This document shows, piece by piece, positions 38,815-52,700 of a DNA stretch of 64,000 nt. The position numbers were made by a program, and so were the translations under genes. The first letter of the stretch is position 1, and every line of letters begins with the position of its first letter. The notes below the pieces were generated by a model. That model was not told where the DNA came from. It saw nothing but the letters and a program-made list of their open reading frames with translations, and ran no database searches. The stretch comes from Hypanus sabinus (taxonomy: Eukaryota): positions 19,158,001-19,222,000 of the forward strand of contig NC_082722.1 of the NCBI RefSeq assembly GCF_030144855.1, read 5' to 3'.

Positions 38815-40682
38815 TGAGCAAGAGAAAGAGGCAGAGGGTTAGAGAGAGTCTGCAGTAAATAAGTAAAGAGTGGAACCACACCGATGAAATCAATTTGAGT
38901 GCAAAAGTACTTGGAGTTGGAGTTCAGAACTGCAAATAAATTCTCCGACTGGAAGGGAATGATGGGAATCACATTCGGGGGGAAACAAAGTACAGATACC
39001 ATATCAGTTTCAAACGCACTTTACAAATATTGACCAGAGTGTTCTTAATTCAACAGATGCTTGTTAATTGAAACTTGCACTGAAAAAAAAAAGTATTTAG
39101 CTCGTTGACAGTACTTATAACAATGAAAAACATATATTTAGCTGTTGGGATGAAAAAGTTGGGAAGCTTCAAAGTTAGCAAATAAAAAAAAGAAATCCAT
39201 TTCGATTTGACAGTCCGAGTGAACACCGGAGACTACTGAACTAATTTTCTCAGCATTCGGATCAGACTATTGATGTAAACCCACAAATTATGTAATATTA
39301 TTCATGTGCACGGTTTTCTCACAGAAGATCGATATTTTTCCCTAGCCAGCGGGATAATTGATATAGTTATTTTTTTTTTACAAACATCTTACAATTACTG
39401 CAAATTCCACGATAATTTCGGTTACAACGGAAAAGGTTCTCGGGAGAATCACGGGTGAGAAACATAGTTAAAGCCTTAGATTTATAACTTTTCACCGGGT
39501 TACCAATCAGAAATCTCTGTTCTTTTTCTCTCTCCTTCAAAATGTTGTCACGACAACGTGTTACGAATATTCGAACAACGTCCGATTTCTAGTTCCCTCG
39601 GTTGAACATTGAAAGAAGTGTGCAAGAATAGATTTTTAATTGCTTGTTTTCCATGTCAATAAAAAAAAATTCTCGCCGATTGTGGCGAATCTCTGGATTT
39701 ATTCTTCATCCTGTAAAGTCTGTGGGGACGAAACTATTGGGAAACTTTTAAGGGGAAGGAAGTATTGTTTTCTTGGAATGGTCGGGTCTGTGCAGTAGAC
39801 CGGAAGAGGAGGCTACGACTGAGCATATCTGATATTATCACCTGAATGGCCGGGCAGTGGACAGGGCCGGAGTGGTTTATTGCTGTTCCTTTCTTAATTT
39901 TCTTAGGTTTTATTTTATGAAAATTGCTTCTATAAATCGGAAAAACGTCGAAGACCAAAATGATCATTTATTTTCCCAATCGTTGCATGTACATCGATCA
40001 TCAACCTTTGATGGATGCAAGAAACGAAACGTAGCGATGCTCTGGCCTACACTCATTGATAATATATGGCTATGAACTGCAATCGGATTCTCAGCTTCAC
40101 AGCTTCTTTGATGTATTTACATCTGCGTACAATGTATGTTTGCTTTGATGTTTGGATGCCTGTGTGTAACGCGAATCGGGAATCTGCAGAGCAGCATAAG
40201 TCAGTTTGTCAGCTCCATTTCCTTTAGTCTGTGAAAGTAATCCAAAATCAGCGGTTAGTCGAGCATTTAGTGACTAATTGAATTACACGATTGTAAAATA
40301 AATTAGAGATGTACTGATCAGTAAAGAACTTTACGTTGCTTATGCTTGAACACAATTATGTCAACGTTGTTTCAAGATTTCCCTTAATTATTTATATATT
40401 AGGGATTCTTTACTTAAAAAGTACTTTAACAAAATCAAGGTACGAGAGTAGAGAAACCCTTGAAGTGGGAGATGTGGTACAAAACAATTGGCAAACTTAT
40501 AGTACAATTGCATTTTTCTGTCATCAGTGACGGATTGCCGCATCCTGTTTCATTTATGGATCTCACAGGTGTTTGCTCAGCCGCACCTGACAACACAGTT
40601 TCAAATGCACATGGACATCGTTGTCGGTAGACAGCGCATAACTGATAGAATCAACGTTAGCACTTTGAATCAGACTCACTGA

Positions 40683-40760
40683 TTACAGGTTTGTCACAAT
40701 TCGGTATTTCCGGTAGTTCAGTTCTCCCCGGTTATTATCAGACACGTGTTTATTAAGGAG
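40683..40760 (-). CDS. Gene B exon 8, terminal coding exon LLNKHVSDNNRGELNYRKYRIVTNL*
   Basis: Acceptor ccttcccattttcatttatcag|, phase 0. A homologous acceptor and downstream sequence occur in gene A at 7652-7434. Confidence 0.5.
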   Translation of the reverse strand, partial: LLNKHVSDNNRGELNYRKYRIVTNL

Positions 40761-43700
40761 CTGATAAATGAAAATGGGAAGGATGGCATTCCTAGTTTCG
40801 TGCTTCTTGGCAATTCCTCACGGGCAAATTACATGTGAAATTAAATTTGTAAAAGCAAGGAAAAAGTAATTTCTGGATATTCTGCAGATGCTAGAAGTCT
40901 TGAAGAATGCAAACCAAATACTGAAGGAGTTCATTAGGTAAGGCAACATGTAAGAAGGAAAGTAAACTGTCGATTGTTTGTGGCAGAGACTTTTTATCGG
41001 GACTGGAATAGAGGGATTAGAATCCAGAATATAGAGGTGTGGAGGGGGTGCGGGAAAAGTAGCAGCTGACAGGTGAAAACAGGTGAGTGCGAAGATATGT
41101 GGATGACTGGGATGGGAATGACGTAAGAAGCTTGGAAGTGTCGGGTGGAAAAGGTTAACAGTGTATGAAGGAGTCGGAGACGGGGGGACAGTGAACCCTG
41201 CAAAATGGAAGAAGGGGGAGCACGTGGGAGTAGGGCAGCCTGATGGGCAGATGACGAGAAGAGAAAAGGTGAAATGGAGAATGGAAAAAAGAAAGAATGG
41301 AATGATGGAGACATTCCCAAAAGATATAGAAATCGACATTTATGCCTTCAGGTAGGAGTCTCCACAGATGGAAGAAAATATTATGCTTGTACCTGAACGG
41401 TAAGATGTTTCACTAAAAGGGGATTGGCTATGACAAACTTTATATTTTGTTACAGTGTCAATGGTATCCTCATGTTTGTAAAATTAACCTCCTCTTGGCC
41501 GATGATATATATACAAATATGAACCCTTTGGTGTACTCCGGTTTCCTCCAATGATTTACAGGTTAGGAGGTTATTTGGTCACGTGGGTGTGACTGAGCGG
41601 CACGGGCTAGTTGCACCGGAATGGCCTGTTACAGTGATATATCTCTAATGCAAATCTATGTCACATTCACGCTAATCTCTCTGCTTTACCTGGGAATAGA
41701 TAACGCGCTCCTCATGTTGTCCATTTTTGCGAAGTGGTTTGCTCTCCCTATGGTTTAGTGAAGCATAGGCAATGGTGTGCTCAACCGGTGCTTGTTCAGC
41801 CTGTTAGAAAAACATATTTAAGACAGCTAACTGATACAGTGCTCAGTGATTATAAACTAAATCAGATTTGCCAAATCTAAACACCGAGAATAAAAAAATT
41901 GTTAGGATAACATTTTGTCTGCGCACAATGATACTGTTCATACATCATACCGGAGGTGGGATCTCGACCATTTCAGGCTGAAAGTTGCTATGTTTAGATT
42001 ATCAAATCACCGCTTATAACAGTCGTAGCAATAGGATGGAGTTATCAGTTCTGGCCATCTCTGTTTTTTTTGATCTGCTAAAACCTATCTGTTACATCGC
42101 TCAAAATTCTGTGCATTGGAACAGGCCCATGTTATATCTTTTACGCATGCGTCGAATTATCGTAATCATTGTCCTGATCAGAAATCGTCCCTGCGGTGCA
42201 AATTGAAACTATGACCCTTAACAATCGCATTATTTAAGTTGAGGATATTGGAGCAAATGGCAAGTCCCGATGCTAAGTCTCGCTTAACTCTAGCCGGAAG
42301 CAGGGGAGCGGCATCCTGGGCCTCCGTTAATTTGATTGGATTTGCTGGTAAATTACGATCGAAGTAGGTAGAACCGATGGACGTAGTTGTTACAGTAAAT
42401 GATAAAAATGGTATTTGTTTTACTGAAATAATGACATAGCATTCCTGAATAACAAAGAAATAGTCAAAATATATCATGAATGCTTCAACTTCAACTTACA
42501 TATTACCCTAAGCAATCGCACTGCATTTCCGGAAGTGTTACGAACACTGGTAGTAGTTTTAACGGAATTCTACCATAATGAAATCAATGATGTCTGCAGG
42601 ACTATCTTATCTTAGTTGCTGCAGTTGCTCCATTTGCAGCTAAAGTCGTTAGGTCAAATTAAAACTAAATGAGTTAAACTGGAGAATGTGATTAGTGGAA
42701 CACAAGAAGACAAAGGTTATCTTGAGAATGAATCCATGTAGCAAAAAATAATAACATTGAAGTGCTGGAAGATTGAAGTAAAACAGAGAAACATTTTAGT
42801 AGATCAAGAACCACCAGTAAAAGGGAAATAGTTCATCTTCACGTTGCAATCTGCGGAAGGGTCTTCAGTCTGGAATGTCAACTGGTTCTCTTTCCAAAAT
42901 CGGTCAGAAGCCACAGATTATTTTCTGGTTGGAATACAAATGGGAAACGACAGTACTTTTATGCATTTAAGGCTTTGCTTCCCAAATTGAGGACAATACT
43001 CATTCAGCATGTCATCGTGGACGAGAAGGTGCCATGTGGAGTATCATTGTTCACCACAAACTACAAGGTTTTGTTGCAAGTATATTCGAATCCATTCCAC
43101 CGCTGTGTGGATCTTTGTTGCGGATCGGGGTTAAAACCGCATTCAATATTGCAAAGACCATTTCAACAAACAAGATTTCTTTACATTTTTACCTTGCTTA
43201 CTGGCGTCAGATCAAATGTACCACACATTACGATTTGATTCGTGCACGTACTGTTGTTTCCCATTCTCCAGTCAACTGCGATTCTCGTAAACTAGGATTT
43301 AGTAGTTTCTCAGTCTCAGATACGTGTTGAATTATTTCTCAAAGCAACTGACCTTCCAATGGTAAATATGACCGTTCCCCTTCCAATCCAACCGGCTATG
43401 AACCGGTGTGGAATCTTGAAAGTTTACTGGAAGCTGATGCAACGGGAACATTCAAATAAATCTTGGATATATACTTGAAAATAAATATTTGACGGGGAAA
43501 ACAATTTTATTTTCCATACAACACTCCAAAGTGTTATGGAATTAAATAGATTCATGATATCTTTGCTATGCGAATATCCCGCTCTGAAACAAAACCAGTC
43601 GCTTAACCTACCGGGTCTTCATTCTGACATCCGTCCAAAGAATTTGTGTTACCCCCTTCAGAAAAGATATCAAAAAGAAATGATTTGCATTGTAAACATT

Positions 43701-46700
43701 GTACAATATTCATTTGATACCAATCTTTTTAATCGTGTACGTGGAACTGCTGAAGTCACGGATCTGTCAGAAAGTATTTGTTGATAACAGTCGTGCTAAT
43801 ATATTCTGTTCTGCATTTACCTGGTGCTACCCTCAAAAGGCATTGACTTTCAGCGAGGCTGTAAAGTGATAATAGCATACAGCGGCGATAAGGTATTTAA
43901 GTATGCCAGCCAAAATGGAAATTAAAACTAATGAAATGTACATAAGTTAGTCAATGTTCTTTACACAATCAAAGGGAGTTTAGATCTACGCGAAGTCATT
44001 TACGTTTTAAAATACGGATCTGCCACTGCATTAAAAAAAAGGCATTTGCAGAACTCCATGTAACGGCCTTCAGAAATGAGATATGAAATACTTCTAGTGG
44101 ACTGGTGAAATAATTGAACTTTATGATCAAGCATAAATTGTGCTAGAATATTATCACTGACATTTGGCTTCGACAATCGCGATCCATTTCCAAATATCCT
44201 GTAAATGTCATTTACTGTTTTGAAGTTAAAAGTCATTAACGCTTCTATTTTGTACGAATAGAGGTGATGTTTCTCAGCAATCAGTCTTCTTACCGTGTGA
44301 TCTCTTTAACTTGAATTTCAGCAAAACTATTACGAAAATTACAATTAAAATTGCTGATCCGCCCACTGCATATGCGAGAATCCATCTGGTATCAGCGCCT
44401 TGAAAAAGAAACCGTGAAGCATTTATACATCTAAAAACAAATCCACATACGAGAAGCAACAATGTAAACTGTTATATAAGGTCCTTTCAAATCTCACGAC
44501 ATACTGATAGGAAAATTGCAGAATATTCTGTATAGAACAAAGAAATCTGCTCTTTAGTTTCTCCAGACACATACGAGCTATTTACTAAGACTAAGAATAG
44601 GCTTGGGTGCTTTTTTCCTGTACTTCTCTTGACAATAGATATCAGCACAACAATTGAACTTGTAATCGTCTAACCCAATACAATTCTGATTTTGATTTAA
44701 CCTTTTAAGTCACGTCTGTCAAGGATATTCATTAGTACGATCAAAACCCTATAGCTAACCTGTAGACACGCCAAAAGAATCGTGGTGCCTCAACATTTCG
44801 CTTCTTCATTACGTGCTGAAATTACTCGCTTACTTCATGAGTTTATAGCACAGTACCTCTAAGCCTCCTGAATGTGTATCGAGCATATGAAACGCATTTT
44901 CCCACTGTTATGTTTTCTACAGGTTTACGAGTGACAAACTCGAATTAATGGAAAACTGCATAATGAAAACATAGATAAACTCGAGTCATCCATTTGAACT
45001 GTGTTGCCACTATTATTGGAAGGGTATTACGCAGAGACTGAGTTTTGTCAAAGTCTGTTTACAGTTTCGCTCCATATGTATTAGATCCAGGTGGCAATTA
45101 AGTGTCACCCCTTAGTGTTCAGGAATTCCTACCTTGATTCTGATTTTGCCCCATGCCCACATTTTTCCGGTAAAACTATATCAATTAAATACACCTTCAC
45201 TCATCAGCAGATGGTGTCCCCTTTTGTTATATCACTATGCGATTTAGAGTTAAAGTTTTGCTTTGTCTCATCTTTGATAGATGTTCGGAAGTTTGTTACC
45301 TGACACGTACCACACGAAATCAATTCCTTAATTAATCCTATACGCTTTAACCTGAGGGTATAAGACATTTGCTTTGAAGCACCATTCACATTGAATGCCT
45401 ACCTTTACATTCTATCACTGGGCAATTAATGTTCAATATTTAACGTTTCCGAAAAAAGATTTGGATGAAATTCAATGTCCAAGTTGGGTGAGCCTCGAGT
45501 GCGAGTCTGTACTGGGCTCTATTTGGCTTCTATTTTAGGTGCCTCGCTTCCCTTTGCACTGACTGCAGTGAATAAAGAAACAACTAATCCAATAACTAAA
45601 CATGCAATACGAATATAACCATATAACAACCATATAACAATCACAGCACGGAAACAGGCCATCTCGGCCCTCCTAGTCCGTGCCGAACTCTTAATCTCAC
45701 CTAGTTCCACCTACCCGCACTCAGCCCATAACCCTCCACTCCTTTCCTGTCTATCTATCCCTCTCAAAATTTTAAATACCTCGATCAAATCCCCCCTCAA
45801 CCTTCTACGCTCCAATGAATAGAGACCTAACTTGTTCAACCTTTCTCTGTAACTTAAGTGCTGAAACCCAGGTAACATCCTAGTAAATCGTCTCTGCACT
45901 CTCTCTAATTTATTGATATCTTTCCTATAATTCGGTGACCAGAACTGCACACAATATTCTAAATTTGGCCTTACCAATGCCCTGTACAATTTTAACATTA
46001 CATTCCAACATCTGTACTCAATGCTTTGATTTACAAAGGCCAGCGTTCCAAAAGACTTCTTCACCACCTTATCTACATGAGACTCCACCTTCAGGGAACT
46101 ATGCACAGTTATTCCTAGATCTCTCTGTTCCTCTGCATTCCTCAATGCCCTACCATTTACCCTGTATGTTCCATTTGGATTATTCCTTCCAAAATGTAGA
46201 ACATCACACTTCTCAGCTTTAAACTCCATCTGCCAACGTTCCGCCCATTCTTCTAACCGGCATGAATCTCCCTGCAAGCTTTGGAAACCCACCTCATTAT
46301 CCACAACACCTCCTACCTTAGTATCATCGGCATACTTACTAATCCAATTTACCACCCCATCATCCATATCATTTATATATATTACAAACAACATTGGGCC
46401 CAAACCAGATCCCTGAGGCACCCCGCTAGTCACCGGCCTCCATCCTGATAAACAATTATCCACCACTACTCTCTGGCATCTCCCATCTAGCCACTGTTGA
46501 ATCCATTTTATTACTCCAGCATTAATACCTAACGACTGAACCTTCTTAACTATCCTTCCATGTGGAACTTTGTCAAAGGCTTTGCTGAAGTCCATATAGA
46601 CTACATCCACTGCCTTACCCTCGTCAACATTCTTCGTAACCTCTTCAAAAAATTCAATAAGGTTTGTCAAGCATGACCTTTCACGCACAAATCCATGCTG

Positions 46701-49700
46701 GCTACTCCTAATCAGATCCTGTCTATCCAGATAATTATTAATATTATCTCTAAAATACTTTCCATTAATTTACCCCCCACTGATGCCAAACTGACAGATC
46801 TATAATTTCTAGGCTTACTTCTGGAACCCTTTTTAAACAATGGAACCACATGAGCAATACGCCAATCCTCCGGCACAATCCCCGTTTCTAATGACATCTT
46901 AAAGATCTCCGTCAGAGCTCCTGCTATTTCTACACAAACTTCCCTCAAGGTCCTGGGGAATATCCCGTAAGGACCCGGAGATTTATCCACTTTTAAATTT
47001 CTTAAAAGCGCCAGTACTTCCACCTCTTTAATTGTCATAGGTTCCATAACTTCCTTACTTGTTTCCCACACCTTACACAATTCAATATCCTTCTCCTTAG
47101 TGAATACTGAAGAGAGGAAATCGTTCAAAATCTCTCCCATCTCCCTCGGCTCCACACATAGCTGACCACTCTGATTCTCTAAGGGGCCAATTTTTTCCCT
47201 CACTATCCTCTTGCTTTTAATCTAACTGTAGAATATGGTTTTAATTTCGTAAATTTTTGGATTGAATAAATTTATCCTATCAAGTACTATAATATCCATT
47301 TTTTCTTCCAAACATTCAGAACTTATCAAGCTTTTCTTTTATGGAAAATGAACGGGATAACATGTTTTCGTGATTTATTCATGGATAACTGTCTTAAGTT
47401 TTCCGAACTGTTTTCTAATAGGTATAATTTGCCTAGATCACATTTTTTTCGGATATTTAGATTAGAGACTTCTTGAATGTTCTTTTACCTACGTTTCCGA
47501 TACCACATCAAACTGAAATTGCAGAAAAAATAGGTTTAAACCCCTATCAGATGCGTTTAATAGCAATTATTTATGATCTGTTTACGAAAATACGTCTAGG
47601 TCTATCTGATAAAATTAAGAATGAATGGGAAATAGAACTTCAGGTATCTTTACTTACAGAGAAATGGGAGAAAATTCTCCAACTTGTTAACACTTCTTTC
47701 CTGTGTGCTAGGCACGCCTTGGTACAATTTAAGGTGGTTCATATGTCCCATATGTCTAAGGATAAGTTAGCTCGTTTTTATTGTCATATAAATTCTGTCT
47801 GTGACAGATGTGATTCCGAGGTGGCTTCGTGACACATATGTTCTGGTCTTGCTCTATTCAGGAAAAACATTGGAAGGACATTGTTGATACTATTTCAGCA
47901 GTTTTGCGCATCGATTTACAACCTCATCCTATTAGTGCAATTTTTGGATTACCAGTGATGGACTCTAGTCATTTATCCCATTCAGCTTGCTGTTTGATTG
48001 CATTTCTTACATTAATAGACAGAAGATCCATTTTATTTAAATGGAGAGAGTTTAGTCCCCCTACAAGATTTCAATGGTTTCCCCAAACTATTACATGTTT
48101 AAACCTAGGAAAAATTAGAAGTGGTACTATCGATCATTCGGTTAAATTTGAAGAAACTTGGAGGACATTTATTCAACATTTTCATATGACCTTTTCCGAA
48201 TCCTTCTCAATAACCTTCTGTTCGTGTATAGAGGATCAGAGTTAATGACAAATATTGATTTTAACCGGTCAAACACGGCAGCCAAGCTTTTGTTTTTTTT
48301 TGTTTTGTTTAGTTTTTTTAGTTTAGGGGGACTTTTTTATATAAACGTTTTTGAATCGTTTCAATTTTCGGTTATTACGGGATTGAGAGGCTTAGATTAT
48401 ATATGTTAGTCGAAGTCTGTGTTTGTATGCGTTAACAGTTAGTAATGTAATCCCGGTCCCTTTCTATTATTATCATTAGCATGTTTATTAATTCGAAACT
48501 TAATTAAGAAACGATTGAAAAAGACAGAATGTTCACTGTAGTCAAGTAATCTGAAAACTTCGCCCTACTTCCGTGATGGGAAGGTGTTCTGTGACTGTTC
48601 TTAACCGGATTTGATCGACACCCCTATATCATTTGGAAACGTTTCCATCCTTCCTTCAGCGCTAGAGATTCTGAACATGTTCAAAATTCAGACTGCACAA
48701 AATGCAGAAGGTAAGCAGTAGATAAGGAGAGGAATAAAATAACGACATTTCGGTCCGATACCTTACAGCAGGACGTAATAAAGACACCATCTTACCTTGT
48801 TCCGGGATGTAGCTGAAACTGACAGGCACCGTGAGGGAGACACGCTTCATGACATTTTTTAGCAAATGTCCAGAAGTTTGCTACCTTACAACTATTGAAC
48901 AATTTCAATTTCATCATTCGTGCTACACGATTTAGAGCAATAGGAACAACACTTCAGCTTCTTAACAGCTTTCACGTTTGCTATTCACTGTCAATAACTG
49001 ATCTTTAAAATTAGTCATTCTTCCTTGTAGCTGTTCAGTTACTGTTCTTACAACGTCACATTCACCCTACCACTATCACTTGCAAGTGCTGACATCTTAT
49101 ATTAAGTGCAACGGATTCTGGACATGCTGATATCCAGAGTTACGCAGAAAATCCTGGAAGAACTCCGCCGATCAGGCACATCTAAAATATCGACGTTAAA
49201 GGCCGAGACCCAACATCATTACTTCATCAAGACACCAGCTTACCTTGCTCCAGGATATAGCTGGAACTTGCAGGCACCGTGAGAGAGACATGCGACACCA
49301 GGCAGGTGTAAATATTTTTTCCCCAAGTAGATTGCGTGATTTCCAATAAACTAGAAGCTTCGTACAAGCCATCCACGTTCGGGGTTGTCACACTTTCTAT
49401 TCCAATGTGAATTCGTGTGTTATTTCTTTTCCAAACGATTTCTAATTTCTCCGGGTAGAAGGCAGCTGTTTTACAAACAAGCTTTCGAGGAGACGAAAAC
49501 GGTCCAACGGGAACAATTTTCAATGGAGTTGGAGGAACTTAAATAAAAACAAAGTTATATTTTGTATTTTCGATCTGTTTCAGTGCAGGTTGATTTCTTC
49601 ATTTCCCCATCAACTGGCATGGCACTCTAACTATCAAATGAGTTACCCGCCAGAATGAACTGGTATTTAATAAATTATAGTAATGTCCCGGTCTGTTTGT

Positions 49701-52700
49701 TGTTGCACAACCATACACACACACCACTGAATGAAACATTGCTCTTCTGGGGCCAAGTTGCAAAATACGGTACTGTATAGTATATGTAGTCACACACAGA
49801 AAATGTAGTTACCAATCAGTACAGACAGTCATAAGATAAGTAGGACAAATACGGTAAACTTGGGAGACAGAAGAAAGGAAGAGTTCAGAGAATACACTTC
49901 GACGGCAAAGCTAAGTGTTCCGAAGTGAGGAAGACATTCTATTTTGAAAGGTATTTGTGCTTTTTTGCACATTTTTGCACAGCTGAATTTGGAATCCTGG
50001 CTACCTTTGGGTTTTTCTTTTCATATTAAGACCGAGCTACAAAAAACAATATATCACAGACGTCTATCGTGATGGAGTTTAATTTTCTGGCAGCTCAACT
50101 GCGTAGTGTGTGTTTCAGATCTTGGCATTAAGCTTGCGAGTCATAAACATCCAGTAATAGAGTGTTCCCCGGAATTTGAATCATACCTACAACAGTTCCC
50201 CGTGTTGAATGCGCAGATCATCTCCTCCGTGAAAAAATCCGGAACGCAAATTCAAATTGATATTATTCGCATTGATTCTATTGTTCTATTCTTTCTAAAG
50301 CCTGAGGTCTTGCAGCAAAATGGTCGACAGTGAATTGACACTGCTATAGGGTCGCTTATGGAAATGATGCCTTGCAGAGGTTCAAACAGGAACTGAACAG
50401 CTTCAATTTCACCGTACACAGAGTTCACTGAAACGTGAGCCCAATTTTAAGGTTTTGTAAACATGGACTGCCTCCGCTACAGCTATGTTCGGTATCTAAC
50501 AGGAGAAATACAATAGTTAGATTGCTTTATCTGATTATCACAGCAGTTAGGATTTGACTCTGCCTACAATAGCTATCCCGAGATCACCGTTGCCCGACTC
50601 CACTTCCCATGCCTACACTGACTTCAATATTCTTGGCCTTCTCAAATTCTAGGTGAAGGACAATCCCAAGGTGAAAGAAAATCGAAGCTTTCTGCATATA
50701 CATTAAGCGTAAAGGGATATCGACAAATAAAATTGATCTATTTGAAGATCAGCGAGTTCACAATGAATGGAGCCTAAAGAGATTGTGGGGGCGGTGTGAG
50801 ATCTAATCTATTTCCATCAGTGTTTTCTCGGGAGACGTACACAGAGGCTATACAACTAAGCAAAACAGAAGCAATGCCATAGTCCTTATACGGATTACAA
50901 TCTTGGAGCAAATTGGGGTGCATATATCCCTAGAACATGGCAAGGTGTCCTATCGGACCTCGTTCGAAGCTAATGCAGAATGTGAAAGGGCCCCGATGAA
51001 ACTGTTCAAAGTGTCCTTACCATTGGATGTTCTGGAGAACTAGAGTATAACTAGTGTTTTAAGACCATATGACTATTGGATAGAGGAGCCGAATTAGGCC
51101 ACTTCAGCCATCAAGTTTGTTCTGGACATTTCATCATAGCTGAAATTTACCTCTCAGCCCCAATCTCATGTCTCCCCCCCATAGCTCTTCATGCCCTGAC
51201 CAATCAAGAATATATCAACCCCTGCTGTAAATATCCAGACTTATAAAGACTTGGTCTCTTTCGCTGCTTGTGCCAAAAAAAAAAAAAAAAAAAACTCCAC
51301 TGGTTCAGCACTCTCTGGCTATAGGCATTCCTTCTCATCTCCTTTTTAAAAAGATGCCCATCTATTCTAAGTTTGCGTTTTCTGATCTTAGACTCTCCCA
51401 GCATAGGAAACATCCTCTCCACTTCCAGACAATCACATGCAGATCGATGACCTGAACAACGAACAATGCTGCAAATTTGTTCTCACTAACTTCTGATAGA
51501 ACTTCAGCACAACATCCCAAATTCTACACCTTTAAATAGGGTTCCATACAGTCGGCCTTAATGTTTTTTCCTGAATTCTAGTGGAAAGAGGCCCAGAGCT
51601 CCTCATATGATCAGCTATTGAGTTCTGAAATCATTGTCATGAACCTCTTTTGAACCATCTCCAGTTTCAGCACATTCTTCCCGAGATTAGTAGCCTCAAA
51701 CTGCTGACAATATGCCGTGAGACCTCACCAGTGCTTTCTAAGTCCCAATATTCATACCTGCTTTTATATTCTAGTCCTCTTGAAAAGAATGCTGTCATTT
51801 TATTTGCCTTCCTGACCACAGAGACAACCTGCAAATTAATCTGCATGGAATACTGCACACGGACTCCCAAGACCCTTTGCACAATGTTTTTGGACTTTCC
51901 CTCCAGTTAGAAAATAGTCGAAACGTTCATAGCCTGAACCAAAGTGCATGACCACATTCCTCTCGATGTTGCTTTCTATCTGCCATTTATTTGCCAATTC
52001 TCCTAATCTAAGTCCTTCTGTACCCTCTCTATTTCCTAAAAAATATCTTCATACCGTCTGCAAACTTTGCAACAAAGCCACCAATTCCATAATCCATATC
52101 ATTGACACATTACTTTTAGCGAATCAGTCACAACATAGACCCCTGTGGAGCACCGTCAGTCACTGGCAGCCAAACTGATATTGCTCCATTTATTCCCATT
52201 CTCTGTCTCCCACCCACAGCTTTATACACCCTAGAATCTTTCCTGTAATACTTTGGGCTCGTAGCTTGTTAAACAGCCTTGCGTATGGTACTTTGTCAAA
52301 GGCCTTCTGAAAATCCAAGTACACAACAACCGATTCTACCTAGCTTTATCGATCCTGCTTTTCATTCCTTCAAAAACTTCAATCAGATTTGTCTGGCGAG
52401 AGCTTCCCTTAAGGAAATTGTGCTGACTATGATTTGTTTTATTATGTGTTTCCAAGTAATCTAAGACCTGATACTTAAAATCGGAATCCAACATCTTGTC
52501 AACCAGTGAGGTCGGACTGACTGGCTTATAGTTTTCCTTGTCTGCCTCTCTGCCTTCGTGAAGAGTGGGGTGACATTTACAATTTTCCAGTCTTTTGGAA
52601 CCTTTGCATAATCTAGTAATTCTTGAGAGACCTTTACTAATGCCTCCATAATCTTATCAGCAACTTTTACCAGGATCCTGGGAAGCGCATCATCTGGTCT

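Noticed and set aside
38299-39002. Several overlapping 92-140 aa ORFs around the microsatellite
   Set aside because: Low-complexity GA/GT repeats keep frames open (SLSLSL, THTH) and no domain is recognisable.
42178-42444. Good acceptor followed by an 88-codon phase-0 open frame as an alternative last exon of gene B
   Set aside because: It has no counterpart in gene A, whereas the 40760 acceptor does. It cannot be excluded as an alternative terminal exon without RNA data.
43741-43763. Alternative acceptor after exon 6 giving ...VAPDP*
   Set aside because: The pyrimidine tract is weaker than at 43655, the intron would be under 60 nt and the frame stops at once.
44165-44200. FGNGSRL, a J-segment-like peptide in ORF 44000-44236
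   Set aside because: It lies in the TM-exon 5 intron with no upstream RSS and no donor at the J position, so it is most likely chance.
44618-44701. Hydrophobic frame resembling a second degenerate TM exon (IVLG*TITSSIVVLISIVKRST)
   Set aside because: It has two stops, no GT donor and no clear nucleotide similarity to either TM exon.
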